Positions 18,755 through 30,300 of a stretch of 35,209 nucleotides of DNA are shown in pieces. This DNA comes from Nemertoderma westbladi (Eukaryota > Animalia > Xenacoelomorpha): positions 1-35,209 of the forward strand of contig JAUCBJ010007782.1 of the NCBI GenBank assembly GCA_032718475.1. Direction: 5' to 3'. A program made the position numbers and the translations under genes. The notes below the pieces were generated by a model. That model saw only the letters and a program-made list of their open reading frames with translations, did not search any database and was not told the origin of the DNA. The number at the start of each line of letters is the position of its first letter. The stretch's first letter is position 1.

Positions 18755-21214
18755 TTAATTCATAAGAACTTCCATCTGAAGCAACCTCGCCCCGGTGTCA
18801 CCGGGCATTCGGTACGGGAGTTTTCCGAGGAAAGCCGTCAGCGATCGCGCTTTACTTCGGATCTCTGATAACGCCACATCTCTGCCGCAATCGAGGCTCG
18901 ATAGTGGCAGCCCACCACCCCGAGCAACTGCTGCGGGGGACTGGGGTGTTGCCTTCAGCCTCGAACATTGCCTCAACAACAGAGTCATCGTGGCTATCAA
19001 GCAGTCTGGTAATACGTGACGGATCTCGTCGCTGAACGACATGAAACTGTCGAGCCGGCCGTCGACCTGCTCCAGAGACGACGGGAACACCTTGAGTTCC
19101 TCGATAACCTCCAGAGCCTTGTCGACTTGCTGCTCGTGATACAAGTCGAAGAAGGTTGAGAGATCGAGCAGCAGATGGAAGGTGGCGAGTTTATCGCGCG
19201 CGTCGATAAAACCCCCGTCCTGGAAGCGTTTAGCAACAGCGATGGAGTATTGGGTGAGTCGTTGCCGCTCCGAGTGCGAGGAATTCCTCTTGGATACAAG
19301 TCGGGAGAGCAGTTGGTTGAGGATGTGGACGACTTTACTGCGTAGTCCAGCCAATTCGTAGAGTTTCACAGCATCCTCCAGCAGTCCGCGTTGTTCCGCA
19401 TCCTCCGCACAGACCGCCACGAGTGGCGAGGGATCGCCGCCCCCGAACCGCTCCACGCAGCCCGGCTTCCGGCTCCCGTCCTCTCGCACACAACCGAGGA
19501 GTAACTCGAACTCGCGAGTCTCGAGTACGAGTTCGCTCAACGAGCTCATAAAGAGGTTGCGCCCGTCGGACGTCGGGAAGTCTCGCAGGAGGTAGAAGTA
19601 GTGGAGTGCCTCGCGGGGGTCCGTACTCTGGAACCGGGAGGTGTAGGAGGCGACGAGACGCGGCAAGTTGAGTCGGCGTTGTCCGTGGCGATCCCTTTGC
19701 GTGAGGGTGGGATCCCTTTGGGGGTCGGAGACGACAAGAAGCAGTCCAGAGGCGTGGAGAGCGACAGCCACGTGGACTGCGTGAACCCGGAGAGAGTCGA
19801 TCCGCGAGAAGAACTCGATGGCCGACTCGAACTGGCCCGTTAGGAAGAGTGTCTGGAAGTAGAGATGGGGCTGCGAGCTTGCGTTGAAGTGGCTCTCCCC
19901 GTACTGGTCGGAGAGTCGGGCCGCTAGAGTCGGCAGTTCGATACGGTCCGTGTCGCTGGAGGCGTCCCTCGAGCACTGCGACAACTTCAACCAGAGGTAG
20001 TCCTCTATGCGGTTGGCGACGTCGCTATGGTTGTCGGCCACGCTGCACCGCCCCACCACGCAGTAGACAGCCCGCTTGTACGGGTCCGACGACTTACTCA
20101 CGCTGCGTTTGTATTTGAGGGCGACCTGCTGCCGACTGCTGGGCTGCAGTCCGTCACCCGATACGAACTCGGCGAGGAGGTCGGCGAACTCGCCGAGTTG
20201 CGGCCGACAGCGTTCGGCCACGGCCACGGCCGCCGTCCCATCGCCGGCCCGCAGACAGTACCACATGGCGCCCCACACCGGGACGCCCTCTACGTTCCCG
20301 TCCTCCAGCCCCCCGTCGCCCTCTAGCAGCACATTGAGGAACCCGCGAACCAACGCCAGCGTCCCCGGGGCGCCACCCCTCGCCGCCCTCGTTAGGTTCC
20401 CCGCCACCGTGGCCTCCATGTACTTCTTGAACTTTATCTGAAGGTACCGGAGGGCCTGTCTGAGAGTGACGGAGTCCTGGGACTGTCTGGCGTCCCCGAC
20501 GTACGGGCCGCCAGCCATAAAGGAGACCAGCGACCAGACCTCCTTGGTGTTCTCGTCTCCCAACTGATCGGCCACCTCGGTGAACAGTTGGAATAGATGG
20601 AGCGGAAGTCCTCCGTTAATCACCGCCTCGTTGTACCGGTATACTTGACGACTGTAGGCCATCTCGACGGCACTCAACCCGCTCCTCCCCGCGTCCCCGA
20701 TGTTCCCTTGCAGAAAGGAACCTCGCTCGGGCACCAGTTCTCCCGACTCCCGCTCCAGACCCGCCAACGCCGTCATTATTTTGTGCTTCTCGTCGTCCCA
20801 CGACTTGTAAACCGACTCGAAATGCCGTTGCTCCGCGCTCTCGGAAGTCCGTTTTATCGATGATTCCATCGCCGCTAAAATACAATTTTCGCGTTCGTTT
20901 TTTAAGAATGTTTCAATATCGGTATCCGGGACAGCATCCAACGGCTCGAATGTTTTCGAGGTACTGATGCTGTCTAACTTTTCGGATAATTTCGCAACGT
21001 TTACGCCCTTGGATCCCAACAGTATGGACGCCTTAACAATATCGGAATCGCTCGGCGCTGTTTCAGAAACTTTAGAATAAAGTCGTTGACTGGATTCCAT
21101 AATTTGGTGGATATTCCTTTCCACCCGAGGTAATTCGCTTTCCCTATCCATATGCGAAGCTAAATGCTCCGCTTGTTGGAGAAGTTCATTAAATCCTTCA
21201 CCCTTATACTCCAT
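18755..21214 (-). CDS. Nup93: Nuclear pore complex protein Nup93 (Nic96 family), 819 aa, single coding exon
   Basis: N-terminus EGFNELLQQAEHL...ELPRVERN; KASILLGSKG; FLKNEREN; W...WYCLR.G; DPYKRAVY; IEDYLWLKL; LFLTGQFESAIEF; C-terminus PYRMPGDTGARLLQMEVLMN. All match metazoan Nup93 as I recall it. Kozak context gccATGg, no stops or frameshifts. Confidence 0.97.
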   Translation of the reverse strand: MEYKGEGFNELLQQAEHLASHMDRESELPRVERNIHQIMESSQRLYSKVSETAPSDSDIVKASILLGSKGVNVAKLSEKLDSISTSKTFEPLDAVPDTDIETFLKNERENCILAAMESSIKRTSESAEQRHFESVYKSWDDEKHKIMTALAGLERESGELVPERGSFLQGNIGDAGRSGLSAVEMAYSRQVYRYNEAVINGGLPLHLFQLFTEVADQLGDENTKEVWSLVSFMAGGPYVGDARQSQDSVTLRQALRYLQIKFKKYMEATVAGNLTRAARGGAPGTLALVRGFLNVLLEGDGGLEDGNVEGVPVWGAMWYCLRAGDGTAAVAVAERCRPQLGEFADLLAEFVSGDGLQPSSRQQVALKYKRSVSKSSDPYKRAVYCVVGRCSVADNHSDVANRIEDYLWLKLSQCSRDASSDTDRIELPTLAARLSDQYGESHFNASSQPHLYFQTLFLTGQFESAIEFFSRIDSLRVHAVHVAVALHASGLLLVVSDPQRDPTLTQRDRHGQRRLNLPRLVASYTSRFQSTDPREALHYFYLLRDFPTSDGRNLFMSSLSELVLETREFELLLGCVREDGSRKPGCVERFGGGDPSPLVAVCAEDAEQRGLLEDAVKLYELAGLRSKVVHILNQLLSRLVSKRNSSHSERQRLTQYSIAVAKRFQDGGFIDARDKLATFHLLLDLSTFFDLYHEQQVDKALEVIEELKVFPSSLEQVDGRLDSFMSFSDEIRHVLPDCLIATMTLLLRQCSRLKATPQSPAAVARGGGLPLSSLDCGRDVALSEIRSKARSLTAFLGKLPYRMPGDTGARLLQMEVLMN

Positions 21215-21599
21215 GGCTAAAATATGGTAGATGATTTCAATTGTCGAATCGAACTACAGCAACAAACCGATGACAGGATTAGGCCTACCACAGTACCAGT
21301 TGCCAGTACAGTAGTCAGCAGGTAGTCGCAGTACACTGGTACAAGCCGTTATTAAACGACTTATACTATGGCACCATATTAAAATAAGATTAAAAACTAA
21401 ATTAAAATACGCTAAAATATTATTACATGTTAAAATAAAAGTGTAGATCGCTAAAAAGAGTTGAACTCAGATAGAACTAATGATATGCGAAATAGAAAAT
21501 AAATAGAAATTGACATAGTTACAATAAATTGCGGTCAAATTTAATCCAATTGTTAAAATCACACACATAAATATGGCGTTTGAACTGGCGTTCCGTACA

Positions 21600-21822
21600 G
21601 GAATGGAAATCGATCAACTTGCTTACTGGGCGGAAAAGCCAACCAACCACCAAGGTTAAGGCAGAATCACTAGCCGATCGCCTCAATGGTTGGAAGGCCC
21701 ACTTTGAAAAGCTCCTCAATAATGACAGGGTATTGCCTGATAACTTTATAGAAGTAAAAGTGTCTGAGTCTGTACTCCCAGATATTCCCATTGGCGATAT
21801 CTCCTTGCAGAAGTGAAGGCTA
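21600..21822 (+). mobile_element. Internal fragment of RTE family A, inverted relative to the adjacent copy
   Basis: Encodes WKSINLLTGRKSQPTTKVKAES..DRLNGWKAHF...DIPIGDIS. It is the reverse complement of ~23390-23608 with a few substitutions and a 1-nt deletion. Confidence 0.92.
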
Positions 21823-23676
21823 CTTACTACTACTAGGATCGGCATGCTGGATTGCAGCTGCATTTTTAAGAATGCTGTGCCGGCTTGTCGACAAAATGGC
21901 GCCGCCACAACTCCCTATCACCCATGACATTTGCTAGATCATCCGAGATCATCAAGGCCAGTGTCCTATAAGATGCGTCGCAAGAAAGTCATGGGCTGTC
22001 CACCATGCTTATTCACTCCATGATGCTGCCAAAGTACAATATTATGCACTGGCTGGTCCTCACGGCGAAAGCAATGTCCTGCAAAGCGGAGGCGATTTTG
22101 TTCTAGTGTCAAGCTTGGGGGAACCAATGAGACACCTCCAATGTTATATAGTGTCTGGTTGGAGATGTGTGCATTGTACTTGACACAATGTACCCGGCGT
22201 AGCATTCTTGTGAATGTGCCATCCAGAGATTTGGTGTCCTCAGCAGTTAGAGCCCAGCATGGACTCCCGTAGAGGAGTACTGGAACTACTGCTGCTCTAT
22301 ATAATCGGACCTTAAGTTTCCGATTAATTCTAGGTGACTTCCAAATCCTGGAAAGCCTATTCAAGGCTGCCCATGCCTTTCCCTTACGTATTCGAAGGTC
22401 CTCACCTGACTTCCGGATCCATGATCCCAGGTAACAGAAGTCGTCCACATGCTCAAGCATACCATCCTTTGAGCTTATGCTCATCCGATCAGAGACTTGC
22501 TGAGGACTTTCAAAGTTAACTGTCAGAATTTTGGTCTTTCTGGAGTTAATAAAAAGACCAACACTAGAAGCAGCATGTTCTAATGAGCTGAGGAGCCGCT
22601 GGGCTCCCTCTAATGATTCTGAGAGTACTCCTAAGTCATCAGCAAAGTCTAGATCAGTTAGGTACTTGGCAGGATTTCCTCGACTTCTGGAGCCAGTAGG
22701 TGGAGTTATCATCACCCCATCATCATTATGATGATCTAAGGACATGCGTAGAACATAGTCAACCACAATAATGAACAAGAATGGTGCAAGTGTGTCTCCT
22801 TGGAGGACGCCCCATAACACTTCAAATGGTTCTGTGTCACCGTCAACAGTAGACACAAATGTTGTCGAACCATCGTATACTGATCTGATTGCTGCAATAA
22901 TTTCATCAGGAATCCCATATAATGAAAGTATGCTGAACATACGTGAGCGAGAGACTGAATCAAAGGCCTTGAAGAAGTCAACAAAGATAACAGCCAGATG
23001 CCTGTCTTTCTTTTTTGATAACTCTTCAATTGTCCTTCTAAGTGCCAAAATGGGCTCCATGGTCCCACGACCTTTACGGAACCCATTCTGATTTCCACGT
23101 AGCAGTCTCTCAATGGGATCCCTGATGCGATTTAATAGAATTCTATTGTATAGTTTTGCAGCAATCGAGATCAATGAGATTCCCCGAAAAGAACCATAGA
23201 GTGTTAGGTTGCCCTTCTTGGGAACTGGCACCAACTTATTTGTTTTCATTTCTTGTGGGACTCGTGTTGTACGGTACATGTCTACTATGATGGGATAGAT
23301 GAGCTTTAAACACTCAGGTATTTTAAAGACCTCAGGGGGAACACCATCTACTCCACTGGCACGATTGGTCTTAATGCTCTTTGCAGCAGCCTTCACTTCT
23401 GCAAAGGAGATATCGCCAATGGGAATATCTGGGAGTACAGACTCAGACACTTTTACTTCTATAAAGTTATCAGGCAATACCCTGTCATTATTGAGGAGCT
23501 TTTCAAAGTGGGCTTTCCAACCATTGAGGCGATCGGCTGGTGATTCAGCCTTAACCTTGGTGGTTGGTTGGCTTTTCCGCCCAGTAAGCAGATTGATCGA
23601 TTTCCATGCCTGGGATGATTGCCTGCTGTCGTCAGCATCATTGATGGCATCAACCTGTTGGTTTATTAGCTCCTCT
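21823..23676 (-). mobile_element. RTE family A LINE, 5'-truncated, with full RT domain, 3'UTR and (TAG)n tail
   Basis: RT motifs KKGNL...FRGISL, NQNGFRKGR, FVDFFKAFDSV, GVLQGDTLAPFLF, LDFADD and FCYLGS. Tail at ~21823-21836. Homology starts at EELINQQVDAI near 23675. Confidence 0.95.
21966..23675 (-). pseudogene. RTE reverse transcriptase frame, 5'-truncated, with a premature stop near the C-terminus
   Basis: Ends RRIL* (TAG) where the sister copies have AAG and continue RRILKDTGL. Confidence 0.88.
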
Positions 23677-24242
23677 AATAATCCTAAACCAACCTCTGAA
23701 TCGAACGCCGACTCTAATGGAAATACTGTATTGGATTGGATACGAAATAGGCTGGGAATAGCTAAAGGTTCAAAACGAATCCGAGATCAGGATGTTAATA
23801 TGAAAGGTAATACATATGCTAAGAAATCTTGCTCGAGGTTCGAGCTTGGTTGGCTTCACTACCGATCTGAGGATCGAGGTTTTGTTCAAGTGCGGCAGAA
23901 ATCTGGAGGTGGAATACGCCATCTGACTGAAGATAAGAAAACGACATTGCGAAAAATTTTACATAAGGGGGTGGCTCTATTTTTCGTTGGGGGTGTTTCG
24001 TCTTGGGGTGCTTTAGCGGACATGGATGTTGATATCCGAGATTTTAAAGGGTCGGTTTTTACATTTGTTTTACGGTTGTCATACACGAAACATACAGGAA
24101 CAGAACTGAAACGAAAGAACCACTGAGATACAATTTTAATTTCCCTCCAATTTAGCTCTCCTATGTTACTACAACTCGTGTTAGTAACACGAGGGCTCGT
24201 GTTAGAAAATTATTTTTCTCATGTCCCTTCCGGGGCTCCGTA
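23677..24242 (+). mobile_element. IS3EU-like DNA transposon remnant: accessory-protein fragment plus right terminus
   Basis: The end ...CATGTCCCTTCCGGGGCTCCGTA reads TACGGAGCCCC on the other strand (TAYGG-type terminus), with subterminal CTCGTGTTAG repeats at 24175 and 24196. The peptide GN..AKK...FELGWLH....F.QVR.KSGGG.R.L......L..IL..G..LFF..G.S resembles proteins I associate with these elements. Confidence 0.6.
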
Positions 24243-24302
24243 GTATATTGTCTATGTAACAATATGACTTATTTATACTGTTGGATACCGTGAAATACAG
24301 TC

Positions 24303-27300
24303 AGTATATACAGTACATACAAAATGTACACTTATGTAGTACGTTAACACATACAGTACATACAAAATGTACACTACTGTAGTACGTTACCACATACAGT
24401 ACATACAAAATGTACGCTACTGTAGTACGTTAACACTTACAGTACATACAAAATGTACGCTACTGTAGTACGTTAACACATACAGTACATACAAAATGTA
24501 CACTACTGTAGCACGTTACCACATACAGTACATACAAAATGTACACTACTGTAGCACGTTAACACATACAGTACATACAAAATGTACACTACTGTAGTAC
24601 GTTAACACATACGGTACATACAAAATGTACACTACTGTAGTACGTTAACACATATAGTATATACAAAATGTACACTACTGTAGTACGTTAACACATACAG
24701 TACATACAAAATGTACACTACTGTAGTACGTTAACACATACAGTACATACAAAATGTACACTACTGTAGTACGTTAACACATACAGTACATACAAAATGT
24801 ACACTACTGTAGTACGTTAACACATACGGTACATACAAAATGTACACTACTGTAGTACGTTAACACATATAGTATATACAAAATGTACACTACTGTAGTA
24901 CGTTAACACATACAGTACATACAAAATGTACACTACTGTAGTACGTTAACACATACAGTACATACAAAATGTACACTACTGTAGTACGTTAACACATACG
25001 GTACATACAAAATGTACACTACTGTAGTACGTTAACACATACAGTACATACAAAATGTACACTACTGTAGTACGTTAACACATACGGTACATACAAAATG
25101 TACACTACTGTAGTACGTTAACACATACGGTACATACAAAATGTACACTACTGTAGCACGTTAACACATACAGTACATACAAAATGTACACTACTGTAGT
25201 ACGTTAAAACATACGGTACATACAAAATGTACACTACTGTAGCACGTTACCACATACAGTACATACAAAATGTACACTACTGTAGTACGTTAACACATAG
25301 TATATACAAAATGTACACTACTGTAGCACGTTACCACATACAGTACATACAAAATGTACGCTACTGTAGTACGTTACCACATACACAGTACATACAAAAT
25401 GTACGCTACTGTAGTACGTTAACACATACGGTACATACAAAATGTACACTACTGTAGTACGTTAACACATACGGTACATACAAAATGTACACTACTGTAG
25501 TACGTTAACACATACGGTACATACAAAATGTACACTACTGTAGTACGTTAACACATACGGTACATACAAAATGTACACTACTGTAGTACGTTACCACATA
25601 CAGTACATACAAAATGTACACTACTGTAGCACGTTACCACATACAGTACATACAAAATGTACGCTACTGTAGTACGTTACCACATACACAGTACATACAA
25701 AATGTACGCTACTGTAGTACGTTAACACATACGGTACATACAAAATGTACACTACTGTAGTACGTTAACACATACAGTACATACAAAATGTACACTACTG
25801 TAGTACGTTACCACATACAGTACATACAAAATGTACACTACTGTAGCACGTTACCACATACAGTACATACAAAATGTACGCTACTGTAGTACGTTACCAC
25901 ATACACAGTACATACAAAATGTACGCTACTGTAGTACGTTAACACATACGGTACATACAAAATGTATACTACTGTAGTACGTTACCACATACAGTACATA
26001 CAAAATGTACGCTACTGTAGTACGTTAACACATACGGTACATACAAAATGTACACTACTGTAGTACGTTAACACATACAGTACATACAAAATGTACACTA
26101 CTGTAGTACGTTACCACATACGGTACATACAAAATGTACACTACTGTAGTACGTTAACACATACGGTACATACAAAATGTACACTACTGTAGTACGTTAA
26201 CACATACGGTACATACAAAATGTACACTACTGTAGTACGTTAACACATACAGTACATACAAAATGTACACTACTGTAGCACGTTAACACATACAGTACAT
26301 ACAAAATGTACACTACTGTAGTACGTTACCACATACGGTACATACAAAATGTACACTACTGTAGCACGTTAACACATAAAGTACATACAAAATGTACACT
26401 ACTGTAGTACGTTACCACATACGGTACATACAAAATGTACACTACTGTAGTACGTTACCACATACGGTACATACAAAATGTACACTACTGTAGCACGTTA
26501 ACACATACAGTACATACAAAATGTACACTACTGTAGTACGTTACCACATACGGTACATACAAAATGTACACTACTGTAGCACGTTACCACATACAGTACA
26601 TACAAAATGTACGCTACTGTAGTACGTTACCACATACACAGTACATACAAAATGTACGCTACTGTAGTACGTTAACACATACGGTACATACAAAATGTAC
26701 ACTACTGTATTACGTTAACACATACAGTACATACAAAATGTACACTACTGTAGTACGTTACCACATACAGTACATACAAAATGTACACTACTGTAGCACG
26801 TTACCACATACAGTACATACAAAATGTACGCTACTGTAGTACGTTACCACATACACAGTACATACAAAATGTACGCTACTGTAGTACGTTAACACATACG
26901 GTACATACAAAATGTACACTACTGTAGTACGTTACCACATACAGTACATACAAAATGTACGCTACTGTAGTACGTTAACACATACGGTACATACAAAATG
27001 TACACTACTGTAGTACGTTACCACATACACAGTACATACAAAATGTACGCTACTGTAGTACGTTAACACATACGGTACATACAAAATGTACACTACTGTA
27101 GTACGTTACCACATACAGTACATACAAAATGTACACTACTGTAGCACGTTAACACATACAGTACATACAAAATGTACACTACTGTAGTACGTTACCACAT
27201 ACGGTACATACAAAATGTACACTACTGTAGCACGTTAACACATACAGTACATACAAAATGTACACTACTGTAGTACGTTACCACATACGGTACATACAAA

Positions 27301-30300
27301 ATGTACACTACTGTAGTACGTTAACACATACGGTACATACAAAATGTACACTACTGTAGTACGTTAACACATACAGTACATACAAAATGTACGCTACTGT
27401 AGTACGTTAACACATACAGTACATACAAAATGTACACTACTGTAGCACGTTACCACATACAGTACATACAAAATGTACACTACTGTAGCACGTTAACACA
27501 TACAGTACATACAAAATGTACACTACTGTAGTACGTTAACACATACGGTACATACAAAATGTACACTACTGTAGTACGTTAACACATATAGTATATACAA
27601 AATGTACACTACTGTAGTACGTTAACACATACAGTACATACAAAATGTACACTACTGTAGTACGTTAACACATACAGTACATACAAAATGTACACTACTG
27701 TAGTACGTTAACACATACGGTACATACAAAATGTACACTACTGTAGTACGTTAACACATACAGTACATACAAAATGTACACTACTGTAGTACGTTAACAC
27801 ATACGGTACATACAAAATGTACACTACTGTAGTACGTTAACACATATAGTATATACAAAATGTACACTACTGTAGTACGTTAACACATACAGTACATACA
27901 AAATGTACACTACTGTAGTACGTTAACACATACAGTACATACAAAATGTACACTACTGTAGTACGTTAACACATACGGTACATACAAAATGTACACTACT
28001 GTAGTACGTTAACACATACAGTACATACAAAATGTACACTACTGTAGTACGTTAACACATACGGTACATACAAAATGTACACTACTGTAGTACGTTAACA
28101 CATACGGTACATACAAAATGTACACTACTGTAGCACGTTAACACATACAGTACATACAAAATGTACACTACTGTAGTACGTTAAAACATACGGTACATAC
28201 AAAATGTACACTACTGTAGCACGTTACCACATACAGTACATACAAAATGTACACTACTGTAGTACGTTAACACATAGTATATACAAAATGTACACTACTG
28301 TAGCACGTTACCACATACAGTACATACAAAATGTACGCTACTGTAGTACGTTACCACATACACAGTACATACAAAATGTACGCTACTGTAGTACGTTAAC
28401 ACATACGGTACATACAAAATGTACACTACTGTAGTACGTTAACACATACGGTACATACAAAATGTACACTACTGTAGTACGTTAACACATACGGTACATA
28501 CAAAATGTACACTACTGTAGTACGTTAACACATACGGTACATACAAAATGTACACTACTGTAGTACGTTACCACATACAGTACATACAAAATGTACACTA
28601 CTGTAGCACGTTACCACATACAGTACATACAAAATGTACGCTACTGTAGTACGTTACCACATACACAGTACATACAAAATGTACGCTACTGTAGTACGTT
28701 AACACATACGGTACATACAAAATGTACACTACTGTAGTACGTTAACACATACAGTACATACAAAATGTACACTACTGTAGTACGTTACCACATACAGTAC
28801 ATACAAAATGTACACTACTGTAGCACGTTACCACATACAGTACATACAAAATGTACGCTACTGTAGTACGTTACCACATACACAGTACATACAAAATGTA
28901 CGCTACTGTAGTACGTTAACACATACGGTACATACAAAATGTATACTACTGTAGTACGTTACCACATACAGTACATACAAAATGTACGCTACTGTAGTAC
29001 GTTAACACATACGGTACATACAAAATGTACACTACTGTAGTACGTTAACACATACAGTACATACAAAATGTACACTACTGTAGTACGTTACCACATACGG
29101 TACATACAAAATGTACACTACTGTAGTACGTTAACACATACGGTACATACAAAATGTACACTACTGTAGTACGTTAACACATACGGTACATACAAAATGT
29201 ACACTACTGTAGTACGTTAACACATACAGTACATACAAAATGTACACTACTGTAGCACGTTAACACATACAGTACATACAAAATGTACACTACTGTAGTA
29301 CGTTACCACATACGGTACATACAAAATGTACACTACTGTAGCACGTTAACACATAAAGTACATACAAAATGTACACTACTGTAGTACGTTACCACATACG
29401 GTACATACAAAATGTACACTACTGTAGTACGTTACCACATACGGTACATACAAAATGTACACTACTGTAGCACGTTAACACATACAGTACATACAAAATG
29501 TACACTACTGTAGTACGTTACCACATACGGTACATACAAAATGTACACTACTGTAGCACGTTACCACATACAGTACATACAAAATGTACGCTACTGTAGT
29601 ACGTTACCACATACACAGTACATACAAAATGTACGCTACTGTAGTACGTTAACACATACGGTACATACAAAATGTACACTACTGTATTACGTTAACACAT
29701 ACAGTACATACAAAATGTACACTACTGTAGTACGTTACCACATACAGTACATACAAAATGTACACTACTGTAGCACGTTACCACATACAGTACATACAAA
29801 ATGTACGCTACTGTAGTACGTTACCACATACACAGTACATACAAAATGTACGCTACTGTAGTACGTTAACACATACGGTACATACAAAATGTACACTACT
29901 GTAGTACGTTACCACATACAGTACATACAAAATGTACGCTACTGTAGTACGTTAACACATACGGTACATACAAAATGTACACTACTGTAGTACGTTAACA
30001 CATACAGTACATACAAAATGTACACTACTGTAGTACGTTACCACATACGGTACATACAAAATGTACACTACTGTAGTACGTTAACACATACGGTACATAC
30101 AAAATGTACACTACTGTAGTACGTTAACACATACGGTACATACAAAATGTACACTACTGTAGTACGTTAACACATACAGTACATACAAAATGTACACTAC
30201 TGTAGCACGTTAACACATACAGTACATACAAAATGTACACTACTGTAGTACGTTACCACATACGGTACATACAAAATGTACACTACTGTAGCACGTTAAC

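Noticed and set aside
18795-20885. Short ORFs overlapping Nup93 on both strands
   Set aside because: Expected in GC-rich coding DNA; no recognisable motifs.
23299-24126. 275-aa plus-strand ORF as one gene
   Set aside because: A chance fusion of antisense RTE sequence (to ~23676) with the transposon-protein relic that follows.
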